Positions 41,731 to 51,900 of a stretch of DNA of 64,000 nt are shown piece after piece. This stretch comes from Williopsis jadinii (lineage: Eukaryota), in assembly GCA_024346625.1 (NCBI GenBank), contig AP024666.1:62001-126000 (forward strand), read 5' to 3'. The notes below the pieces were generated by a model. It worked only from the letters and a program-made list of their open reading frames with translations. It was not told the DNA's origin and searched no databases. Numbering within the stretch: position 1 is the first letter of the stretch; the number at the start of each line of letters is the position of its first letter. Made by a program: the position numbers and the translations under genes.

Positions 41731-43689
41731 TCATGTCATGGAGAGGGAAAGAAGAGGAATAACAGCAACAAAGGGAATAGCCAGTGCCATGAGAGAAGGT
41801 GTCAAAATTGGCACTCCATTGGTTGAAACACTGGATGTAGATGATGTAGAACCGTCCGTGGCAGTGGCAGTGCCGGACGCTTCAGTCTCTGTAGAGGTGC
41901 TGTTGGCATCAAGTGAGGTCTCACCAGTGGAAGAATAGTCTGTGAGGTTGCTCTGTGATGTGTAGTTAAGAGACCTTGACAGCACTTCCTCAGTGCCATT
42001 GTACTGAACACCATCCCAGCAGTATTCCTGGAAGCATTCCTCGCATTCAGTTGGTTGTTCCCACCCGTTGCGCTCCTGTTCACGACGGATAATTGCGCAG
42101 GCAACACAGGTTGGCCAGTTGGAATCAATGGTCAGATTATACCTTGTTGCAGCCTCGAACCCGTTTTGAATAAGGGCATCTCTCTCCTCGTTACTATATG
42201 ACAGTTGAAGTGTAGAAGTGTTTGACCATGCTGTGTAGGCAATGTTTGGAATATAAACAACAAGTGGAGGGATGGAAGCAAGGCCGGTTAAATTGGAGGC
42301 ATCACAACCGAGGAACAATGGCTTCTCATTCAAACCGTGTGCCAAGATGGAATCTGACGATGGAACATATGGGAATGAAGTTCCATTGCCTTGACGATAG
42401 AATTGACGATCATAGGTGGCTCCAAGTGTGCTTCCATCTGGGAAGGCATCTTCAGTATTATCAGAGTTATCGAATGCAAAAATAACATCAACATCACGTT
42501 CAGGCTGCAACAATGGTGCAAATGGAACGTTCTGTCCATCAAAGCCACCGTCGAATAGGTAAAGGGTTTCACTCTGGACGATACTTCTTGTCGATGCAAA
42601 ATCAGTGTCGTAAAATGGATTTGGACTGAACAGAGCATAATCATCATCCTGCTCCAGTCCACCTAAGAGAGCAGCAACAAATTCTTCTGGAATACCAGAA
42701 CCGTTCAATGGAATCACGTTGAAAACGTTAGATGAAGTACCAAGAACAAGGCCACCGTTGTCAAAACCTTGGATGCAGATATCAGTTACCGGCTCACCGT
42801 TGGAAACTTCAGAGCCAACGTACAACAAATCGGTAAATGCATACAAAGATGGATCCCACGAACCCAGCTCAAATGGGTTAAACTCAACGACTGTGGAGTT
42901 TAGACTGATGAGATCAGAGCCCGGCACCCTTCCCAATGAAACAGATATTGGGAATGGCATCTCACCATTTTGGAAGGAAACATACTCTCTGATGTCAGAG
43001 AAGCTCAGACCAACTGATCCATTGTTCTGTGTTCCAAAGAACTGATAGGACAAAGCTCTTCCCCAGATGTCAGTGATGGAAGTATCAAACCCAGCTGCGG
43101 CCTTTTGGTTAAGTGCTATGCCAATCTCTTGCCAGCGAGCAGCTGTTAAGTTCATATTATCACCACCTGGGTTAACAATGGAATTCTCCAAGTTCCAAAT
43201 GGTATCATCTCCCAAGATGGACTGAATACTTGTCCAGTTATTTAGAGCCAAAGTACCAGAGAGCCAATTCCCTCCAGAAAGACCAACAAGGTAAGTAGAA
43301 GCCTGGAGCAATCCACCGAGGCCGTGATCATTTGCACCTTCAGTTCTATCATCGAGAGCAGCAATTTGACCAGCTCCGTTGAGCATGGCACGATAACCAC
43401 CACCGGAGAAGGTCAGACCAATGTTGATCGATCTGTTCAAGGAGTCGATGAAGTCCTGAGTGTTGAAATCCTGGAAGTCGGCACGGTTGAGGAAAACAGC
43501 AAGGGCACCATCTGTTACGTTATGACGAATGTCTAGCCATTCAGCTTCAGATTCAGACACCGAGGAAGCATCTCTCACAAAGTTAGCATCCTTTGGACAT
43601 GATACCTCAAATGGGGCATAGCTCGGGCTGTAAGCGAACGAAGGCGTTGCAAGTAATTGCAATGCTAGTAAAGAAGTAAGAACTCTCAT
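41731..43689 (-). CDS. Phospholipase B / lysophospholipase, probably GPI-anchored (copy 2, tandem paralogue)
   Basis: Same architecture and long near-identical peptide blocks shared with copy 1; has DGGFD instead of DGGED. Confidence 0.95.
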   Translation of the reverse strand: MRVLTSLLALQLLATPSFAYSPSYAPFEVSCPKDANFVRDASSVSESEAEWLDIRHNVTDGALAVFLNRADFQDFNTQDFIDSLNRSINIGLTFSGGGYRAMLNGAGQIAALDDRTEGANDHGLGGLLQASTYLVGLSGGNWLSGTLALNNWTSIQSILGDDTIWNLENSIVNPGGDNMNLTAARWQEIGIALNQKAAAGFDTSITDIWGRALSYQFFGTQNNGSVGLSFSDIREYVSFQNGEMPFPISVSLGRVPGSDLISLNSTVVEFNPFELGSWDPSLYAFTDLLYVGSEVSNGEPVTDICIQGFDNGGLVLGTSSNVFNVIPLNGSGIPEEFVAALLGGLEQDDDYALFSPNPFYDTDFASTRSIVQSETLYLFDGGFDGQNVPFAPLLQPERDVDVIFAFDNSDNTEDAFPDGSTLGATYDRQFYRQGNGTSFPYVPSSDSILAHGLNEKPLFLGCDASNLTGLASIPPLVVYIPNIAYTAWSNTSTLQLSYSNEERDALIQNGFEAATRYNLTIDSNWPTCVACAIIRREQERNGWEQPTECEECFQEYCWDGVQYNGTEEVLSRSLNYTSQSNLTDYSSTGETSLDANSTSTETEASGTATATDGSTSSTSSVSTNGVPILTPSLMALAIPFVAVIPLLSLSMT

Positions 43690-45701
43690 TTTGCTGATTG
43701 AGAATACGTGATTTGATTAAACAGGTTCACCTTAATCTTGGAAACGATTCACAGGCCATCTTTATATACGCATCTTCATACGGATTATGTGGAACGGGTT
43801 CTTCAAAGCCATCTGAATTCTCCGCCTCTTCCCCCCTATTAACCACATGATGAACATCACTCGTGTCCATATATGTATATTTTTACATCGCGTATGTGCC
43901 TAGAATGCAAGGATACACACCAATTGAGGACTGATGGGTTCCTTTAAAAGTGCCGGAAAAGCCTTATGTAGATCAATTTTTACATACTTATACACTGAGG
44001 TTTACAGTTTATCTCCAAAAGGCCAGAAGAGTGCATATTTGGAAGTTTGCATTGCTGTTTGCATTGAATGGAATCATGAGATCGCATTGAGCCGGGATGG
44101 GTTCAACACGTACTTTCCGACAATCATAGAAACTCTAGACTTATATGATAATGTGCTCTTTCTCATGACTTCAGTATAGTAGTTTCATGGCAGAACCAAG
44201 CTCAGAAGAAGCCAAGGTGTGATTGGATGAGAGGGGTTTATGGACACTTTGCTCTTCTTGTATAAAATTTACCTGCGTTGTGATATTTTCTAACGCCAAT
44301 CAGGTAAAAGGGGTATATACTGCAGAATAATTGTTTAGTGAGAATGATTTATAGACCCTCGTGGGGTTGGTCTATTTTGTGCTAGTGCTTGTGAATAACG
44401 ATGCCAGGACTTTTCCAGTGCTGTATCTTGATCCATATCAACGATCTCTGTGGTTTAAGCAGTGTAGTTCTCAGCTCCATCATCAGAGATGACTTTCAAA
44501 TGGATAGATACACGGTAAAGCATGATTGAAGGCTCTAAGATGCAAGATAGCTCTGTGTATTTGGAATATGAAGTATATGTCTTTGCTGAGTTGTGATTAT
44601 TAAAGAACTCTGTTATTTCTTTAGTCTACCTGTGCAGTTGTAGCAGATGCGATTGTGTTTAAAAGTTTCATAGTGCATATGGTAATAACGATGAGGTATT
44701 TTGAGCTATACATTCCATCGTTGACTGCAAATTAGGCTCTGAAATCACTTTTATTATCCAATACAGTCCTGGTGCTTGGAAAGAGACCCCAGGTAAAGAC
44801 TGCAATGCTGATGAAGCAGAGCAACTCGGGACTATATATGAGAAAGAGACCGGAGGTCCTTGTCCAATGAGATAGTTATGGAACAGGAGGTGGACCTGAT
44901 TTCATAACACCAATAGAACTATATATTCATTTCTGAAACAGTCAAAAACGTAGCCAATGCAGTATAGCCACCGGTGTAGTAGACACAACAGGCTATCCCA
45001 TACTACAAAGAATCAATAGGGATATATTCGCTTTTCGCATGATAGAAATGACCACTACACGTGGAAACCATGCCAAACGAATAACATGGATAGTAGAGGA
45101 TGGCTCGGCTCACCTGGAACTTGTTTTCACTATCTCATCATTCTTACACCCCAACGAAATCTTCATTCTGCAAACATCAAATCGTAATGCTTGATGTCAA
45201 CAATGTTGAGCCTTAAAGTGGCTTTCCGGAATCACCTACGATAGTTACCAATAAGATAAACATAGCAACGGCAGAAATCAGAAACACTGGCACCCGACAG
45301 TTGTTACCACCAACACACGCCATGGTTCATCTCTTTATCCTGCAGTTAATAACACCTCTAGAGCCTTTCAATACCTCGAAGCAGACCCAATATGACGATA
45401 TAAAGCCGATAAGCTCTTTCGACTTTGACAGCCACAGTAGGGGGCGCAGTGATTACCCTACCGTATCTATTGGGTTTAACTCTTCCAGGGACGTAACCAC
45501 AGAAACAGTATCTTTACACTGTTCTGTGCAACCCCGTACAAACAGGAACGAAAACGATAAAGACGTTTAAGTTAGCGAAAAAAACATCCCAAAACGGCAA
45601 TTCCCAATTCTACGAGTACGAAAAAAGGTGAAAATGATCAGATTACAGCAAAGCGCAACGGTTATACACAGATACTCCCAGCCTCGATTAAGCACCCAGG
45701 G

Positions 45702-46520
45702 ATGTCATCACAGGGTTTATTGGACGGAGCAGCCTCTGAGCTGTTCAACACTTATGAGACGGACTACCAAGTTGCTCATAACGAAGCAGAACAAAAGCTA
45801 TCACAAATCTCGGACCTCGATGGTGGTATGTGTCCCTGTTCTATCGACCGATATGAGCCCCAACCCCCTATCTGCTTATCACCATTACTAACACTATGGA
45901 TTAGAACCTCGTAGAGAGGCGATGAAAGCCGTCGAGAAGTCCACTGATGAGTGTATTGAAATCGTAAGTTAGATGAAAACTGTGTTTTTTCCTTCTCAAA
46001 GAACCCTCAACTAATCGAACCAATGCCTATTTAGCTTGATCAACTAGCCATTGAAGTACAAAACGTCCAGTCCGGTGCCAGATCGGCGTACAACGCAAAG
46101 ATCAGATCCTACCGTTCAGATGTGGATAAGCTCAAGAAGGGACTCAAGAAATTACAGGACGATGAGGATAGAAGACAACTACTGGGCTCAAACAACTACT
46201 CAAAAGATCAACAACGTTCACAACTCTTACAATCCAACGCTGCACTTGAGAGAACTTCGGAGCGTCTTAGGGAGAGCTCTAGAATTGCAGCAGAAACAGA
46301 GCAAATAGGCTCAAACATCATGCTGGACTTGAGAGGACAGAGAGAACAGCTTCAAAACTCCAGACAGACCTTGTTCGAGGCAGATGGATATGTCGATAGA
46401 AGTATCCAGACTCTAAAGTCCATGACTAGAAGAGCTGCTGCAAACAAGATAATATCCTACGCAATTATTGCAGTGTTGATCCTCCTGATCCTATTAGTTA
46501 TTGCTAGTAAATTCTGGTGA
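45702..46520 (+). CDS. VTI1: Vti1 Qb-SNARE; 3 exons (45702-45825, 45905-45963, 46035-46520), 222 aa
   Basis: Intron 1 45826-45904 (GTATGT, TACTAAC, TAG); intron 2 45964-46034 (GTAAGT, AACTAAT, TAG). The spliced frame is open and gives LFNTYETDY...LDQLAIEVQN...QRSQLL..ETEQIGSNIMLDLRGQRE plus a C-terminal TM segment. Confidence 0.93.
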
Positions 46521-48434
46521 TGTTATTTGGAGTCACAATTATGTGTGTAAGCTAATGTGTAGTTAAGGGGACATCTATGTGTTTTGTACTTATAAGCCAC
46601 CATCTAGATGTAGGTGCTTCCGACTGAGAGCACAGTAGAATTCGCTGTGGTTCTATAAGGCCACCTCATAGATGAAAGGTGCTACTTAGGGGCTCATTTC
46701 ATGATGTGAACCACAGCTTCATCCTGGTACAGCACCATTTAACTCTTCACTCCGCAAGGCTTCTTTGCTTGAAGGGTTTACTAATGAAGTGGGTACTAGG
46801 CTGAGGATTGAGTATAATTTTGTAACATTTACAGACAAGAACAAGATCTTGGTTGAATAATAGATGGTTGACAATGAATATATACTGGTGAAGAAACACT
46901 ATTCTAAGCTGGACCAGGCAGTAGTCACTAGCTGCTCTAGCCACTGACATATAGAGTACATTTGTAGAGGGAATCATCACCAGGCTGATTCTCAATGTAC
47001 AATTCCCTACCAATGAGACAATTGCATTTGAATCCCAGGTTAGAGGTGTGTTTAAAATTCGTATACCTTCCTCAGTGCTCTTATTAAGGCGATGTCAGTC
47101 GAAATGAAGTCTGTGTTCTTCCAACGACGTTTTTATTCAAAACAAATGTTGATTTGGTTAGGAATCTTAGTACCAGTTCTCAAAATATGATGAGGAAACA
47201 ACTGTTATACTAGTATAAGATATTACTTTAGTAGAAGAAGCATTTGATGAACTATTTCTGGTAGTCTGTTATATATATAACACAGCGTACAATCTACAAT
47301 TCACGGTCACTTTGTGCTTTTCCGCATGGATAACACAGCTGGACATCTGCATTCGGGATAATGTGTACTGCTCTAAATACAACTTGAAGCTGAGTCCACC
47401 AATGACATATTACAAGGGCCATTTTTCTCACTAACACAACGCTTGAGTAAATTTACAATATGAGTAAATATTGGAATTATCAACACTCCATTAACGACAT
47501 ATCTAAGTTGAACTTCAGTGCTCCAGTTTCCGGAATAACCTGTTGATGTTTCAGATGAATCCAGCTCTTGAAGTAGAATGGCATAACAAATCATAACTCG
47601 TATTCAGTAGTTTTGAGCACCGTTTTAAAAAAGTTACCAACTTCCCTGGTATCATTGCTGATGAAGCGTCATTGTCTTCATCATGAACAAAGTTGTTCCG
47701 AGGACAATCTCAACAGTTGTACATAGTATGATCCACACCTTTTTGTCATTCAGCTGGTTGTCAACCTTCTGTGTATCACTACAAGAATGGCGCTCATTAG
47801 GCGTCCAGTCCCATCCTCATACGGCGTAATGACGAAATCTGGTAAGTCCTCACATATAATATGCATATATACTCAAGTCTCATGCATATCCTAGGCCAAT
47901 TTCACTCTCCTTCACACCAACTTTGAATCGAGCTCTGTCAATGTGTACCTCTGTAAATCCTTTTTATAGAATAAGGAAGTGATAAGAACAGAATCTGTTC
48001 CCTTTACATTTCAGTTCTCTCTAACAGTATCTGTTTAGTATTTCTCACAACACCAGCGTATCTGAAGTGATTATTCCTCTCCTAGTCCTTTCTCTCCTCG
48101 CCGCCTGTATCAACTAATAATGCATTAGTATTCCCTGTCTGCCTAGGACGACCCTATTGTAAACGCTTTTGCCAAACCCGAGTCACGGCGATCACCTTAG
48201 ACCAAAATCGAGCACTCCTCATAGGGTTGAGGGTTTGCTATCTTCATGCAATGTGACATGACTTTAGTACCCCCATAGCGTAAAGATTTGTAATTTTTTG
48301 CCTCAGTAGAGACTCTAGTACGACGGTCCATAGGATAAGAAGCAACACACAGAGTGTGGCAGGAGATTACAGCGGTATCCATCCATTTCTTGAACTTAAC
48401 ATAGGATCGACAAGGTGTGAGAAATAAGACTTTG

Positions 48435-50621
48435 ATGACAGGCTTCGACGTTGAACAAGTCCTTGAACAATTAACCACAACGGAAAAAAATGGCGTCATT
48501 GATTCAAATGACCTTTGGAATACTTATGGTAGCCATAGGTTGGGAGTGCCATCGTTGAGGTTCTCCGATGGCCCAACTACACAGAGTACGATACCTTTAG
48601 ACGGTGCTTCTCGTGCCGTTTCACCCTGTGGAAGAACACCAGAATCGGCCTTTGACAATGAAGTGTTGAATGAAGCTGATGAACTAGCCGGTGTTGAGGC
48701 GAAATACAAAAACTCATATGGTGATGTCTGTCCAGCCACCAATATTCAAAGAGGTGTACTGGTTAGTAGAGGGTTTGGATCCTTCCACGGAGATCCTTAT
48801 TTGACAGATGTTGCAAGCTCGAGGGATGACCTATGCTTACAGAGCCAGCAATTTGTTGCCACTAGAAGTCATTGCATGGGTAACAGTTTGGAGAGTGCAA
48901 GGGATTCTTCTGGCTCGCTCTTCACAAGCCCAACATCACGTCAATCCTCAACTGCCTTTGGCAGAAATAGAAGGTCCAGAAATGGTTGCTTAGAATGTCG
49001 AAAGAGACGAACAGGTTGTGATGAGATCAAACCGTGCTGCACTCGGTGTTCTAAGAAAGGACTTCAATGTAAATATCAGTTCAAATTGAAGTTTAAAGAG
49101 GATTACGATTTAAGGGGGATTATGTTTGGTCGAGAGGGACTATCATACAATGAAGATACTTCCAAAAAATCAGGGATCAACACTATAGCTGACTTCACCA
49201 AGCTGGCTTCTGATGCACACTACCAAGCTTATCCTGATGGCTCAGCTTTTCACTTCATTAATGCTCAGGTCAGTAGCTTCCACCATCAAAACCGAATACT
49301 TGGACCAAGAGCTCTATACCCAACTTCTTTTATCCCTTTCGACGTTAAGGAACATTTATCCTCGCAAACAGACTCCTACAACTATGCACTTAGTTATTAC
49401 ATGGAAAGAGTGGCACCAATTTTCACACCTCTTGGAGTATCAGGTGTCCTTGAACTATCTCCAGGTTGCAGTGTGAAACTGAGTGCCGGATTAGATCTCA
49501 CACAGTTGATTAGGTATTCCCAGTCACATACTAACGTTTTCCAAATCCTGCTAGCTGTTGGTGCTGGCTACTTGGGGAATATGAAAGATATGTCCAATCG
49601 TCAGTACTGGACTGAGGAAGGTAAAAGGTTTAGGAAGGGTGCGATGAAACGATTACAACACAAATTTCAAACATTGGAACTGGATACTGGTGATAAGAGT
49701 ACTCTTAATGAGATCTTGATATCAACCTTTTTACTCTGCTTATACGACTTGGCGAATGATTGTCATGAAAACTGGTCTTCAAACATCAAAATAGCATCTG
49801 CATTGATTTCAGAGTTCCCAATATGTGCATCTACAGAGATGGAAAGGAAGCTGCTGAGTTTCGTCTGCGATTTCTTTGTATACCAGGAATCTATGGGCAG
49901 GACCGTTTGCAAGAAGACGAGTATATTCACCCCTGAATTGACCGAATTAGGTGATTCCAAGGATACACGGGGCTTAACTAAATGGACAGGCTGTAACTTC
50001 AAACTTGTGGAAATAATCTCTGATATTACTGACCTATCTTATGAGAGAGCCTTGCCTAGTGAAGTTATTACACCAACGAACTTCATGGAGATGGTTAGCT
50101 CAATTGAAGAGAGCTTGGAGTCTCTCAAGTTGCAGGTCCCAAATAATTTGGAAACCAGTGAAGAATTCTGTTTCCTATTGGGCTGTGAGACTAAACGAAT
50201 AGCTACGAGATTATATCTACACTGTTCAATTTTGAATAAGACACCAAAAGACCGTTTAGTGACGCAGCTGGTTGCAGAGATTCACGGTTACTTGAAGACA
50301 ATAATCCAGGAGAATGGGTACATGTGGTCTTTTCTTATTTGGCCTCTGTTTATTATGGCATGTGCAATCGACCCATGGAACGATAAATGTGATCAACTTC
50401 GCTATTTTGTGCTGGAATGCTTCGATATGTTAGAGAATAAAACCCTGGGGAATGTCAATAAGACTAGACAGATAATCATTGATCTATGGAACAAGAGAGA
50501 TCTATCAACAAGTGGTAATGAACGATTGAACAAGTCCTGTGATGGAAATGGATTGCTGGGATCTATAAACGACTGGGAGTTCTACGTTGCAGATAAAGGG
50601 CTGAACATTTCTTTGGGTTAA
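48435..50621 (+). CDS. Zn(II)2Cys6 transcription factor (Fungal_trans_2-type body) with an in-frame N-terminal degenerate GH3 beta-glucosidase fragment
   Basis: Zinc cluster RSRNGCLECRKRRTGCDEIKPCCTRCSKKGLQC at ~48975-49075; C-terminal WPLFIMAC; the first ~170 aa are colinear with yeast GH3 N-termini (FDVEQVL..RLGVPSLRFSDGP..NIQRG..RGFGSF.GDPYL). First ATG at 48435. Confidence 0.88.
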   Translation: MTGFDVEQVLEQLTTTEKNGVIDSNDLWNTYGSHRLGVPSLRFSDGPTTQSTIPLDGASRAVSPCGRTPESAFDNEVLNEADELAGVEAKYKNSYGDVCPATNIQRGVLVSRGFGSFHGDPYLTDVASSRDDLCLQSQQFVATRSHCMGNSLESARDSSGSLFTSPTSRQSSTAFGRNRRSRNGCLECRKRRTGCDEIKPCCTRCSKKGLQCKYQFKLKFKEDYDLRGIMFGREGLSYNEDTSKKSGINTIADFTKLASDAHYQAYPDGSAFHFINAQVSSFHHQNRILGPRALYPTSFIPFDVKEHLSSQTDSYNYALSYYMERVAPIFTPLGVSGVLELSPGCSVKLSAGLDLTQLIRYSQSHTNVFQILLAVGAGYLGNMKDMSNRQYWTEEGKRFRKGAMKRLQHKFQTLELDTGDKSTLNEILISTFLLCLYDLANDCHENWSSNIKIASALISEFPICASTEMERKLLSFVCDFFVYQESMGRTVCKKTSIFTPELTELGDSKDTRGLTKWTGCNFKLVEIISDITDLSYERALPSEVITPTNFMEMVSSIEESLESLKLQVPNNLETSEEFCFLLGCETKRIATRLYLHCSILNKTPKDRLVTQLVAEIHGYLKTIIQENGYMWSFLIWPLFIMACAIDPWNDKCDQLRYFVLECFDMLENKTLGNVNKTRQIIIDLWNKRDLSTSGNERLNKSCDGNGLLGSINDWEFYVADKGLNISLG

Positions 50622-50637
50622 CAAGGAGATCACAATG

Positions 50638-51900
50638 TCAAATCCAGTCAGAGATGTCTTTCAAATCCTGAACAGTACCTGTGCCTCCTAATCTATCTTG
50701 AATTCTGTTCTTGGTAGTTTCAGGTCTCCATTTCCACTTCTGAGACTTATCCTCGTCTGATAGACAGCCGTTAATGACCAGTTCCGAGACGTATTTCCCA
50801 ACAATTGGCATGAACTTGAACCCATGCCCAGAATCACCTGTAGCTAATACCAAGGAGCCATCCTTATAATCTGGATGTTCGCTGATTAAAAATGACCTAT
50901 CAGGTGTATCGGTACACCAGCAGATCTTCTTCTTCACGAACTCTCTATCTGCGAACTCTGGTAAAGTCTGTGAAAATATCTTTCTGATGGCATCTTCGCA
51001 TTCCTTTGGGATAGAATCTCTCGATATTGGCACAGAAGATTGTGGATTCTTCTTCGAATCAACGTAGTTTGTGAAACCAGGTGTTTCGTTGCATATCTTG
51101 ATTTCATTGTTAGTATCAGGCTCGAAGAAGAATCCTTGGTCCATATTCAGAATCACAGGCATATTCTTGAACTTCTGAGCTTCTTCGCTGGTGAGCTTGA
51201 TGTGTGCAAATGTCCAACATTTAGCCAACATCTGATCTTCAAAGTCCAAGATACCAATAGAAGATGCACCTGAAGCAACAACAGTCTTTTCAGCAAGGTA
51301 CACAGTACCTTCTTCTGTAGTGCAACCTTTTACCACACCATCTTCAATGACTAATCCGTTGGCTTTACCAACCAAGATCTCACCACCAAGGTTACGCACC
51401 TCGTCGGCACATTGGATCAGACAGTTCCTTGCGTGAGCCCAACCACATTCATCTTGCTGGAACCCTCCGCTCCAACCTGACAGCTCACCTGTCAGTTGTG
51501 GCGCAACTTTCAAGAACTCATTCTTCGATGTCAGAGGAACCAATGGGGACTTTCCCAGTGATATTCTTTGACGGTCAATCTCTTTCACTTCTTCAGATGC
51601 TTCTGGTGAAGTGCTGGCGTAGACGATGCCAACTTCATGGAAATTTGGTTTAAACACATGGTCGTTCTTCCAAAGTTCCAATGCCTCGAGTGCAAGATTA
51701 TAGTGGAATGCGTCTGCGTATGAGGTTTGTATGATCTTGTTCACGTCATTTGCAGCTGAGATATCAGACGGAATTTCAAAAGCGTCAATAACAACAACAT
51801 TGCGGTAACCACTTCTCAACAACCACAACGCTGTTGATAGTCCAAATGTACCACCACCAACGATGAGGATTTTCGAGTTGATTGGGAGCTTTGACGGCAT
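50638..51900 (-). CDS. Fructosyl-amino-acid oxidase (amadoriase) family FAD oxidase
   Basis: IVGGGTFGLSTA, SAANDVNKI, GWAHARN, GFFFEPD..EIKICNE.PGFT, CWCTD (FAD-linked Cys position), GDSGHGFKF and WKWRPE match fungal and yeast FAODs; related pipecolate/saccharopine oxidases cannot be fully excluded. Confidence 0.85.
   Translation of the reverse strand: MPSKLPINSKILIVGGGTFGLSTALWLLRSGYRNVVVIDAFEIPSDISAANDVNKIIQTSYADAFHYNLALEALELWKNDHVFKPNFHEVGIVYASTSPEASEEVKEIDRQRISLGKSPLVPLTSKNEFLKVAPQLTGELSGWSGGFQQDECGWAHARNCLIQCADEVRNLGGEILVGKANGLVIEDGVVKGCTTEEGTVYLAEKTVVASGASSIGILDFEDQMLAKCWTFAHIKLTSEEAQKFKNMPVILNMDQGFFFEPDTNNEIKICNETPGFTNYVDSKKNPQSSVPISRDSIPKECEDAIRKIFSQTLPEFADREFVKKKICWCTDTPDRSFLISEHPDYKDGSLVLATGDSGHGFKFMPIVGKYVSELVINGCLSDEDKSQKWKWRPETTKNRIQDRLGGTGTVQDLKDISDWI

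Noticed and set aside
43690..45700. 2-kb gene-free stretch as pseudogene, LTR or centromere
   Set aside because: Translating parts by eye gave no recognisable protein, and I saw no TG...CA direct repeats or CDEI/CDEIII pattern. It is most simply the divergent PLB/VTI1 promoter; BLASTX would settle it.
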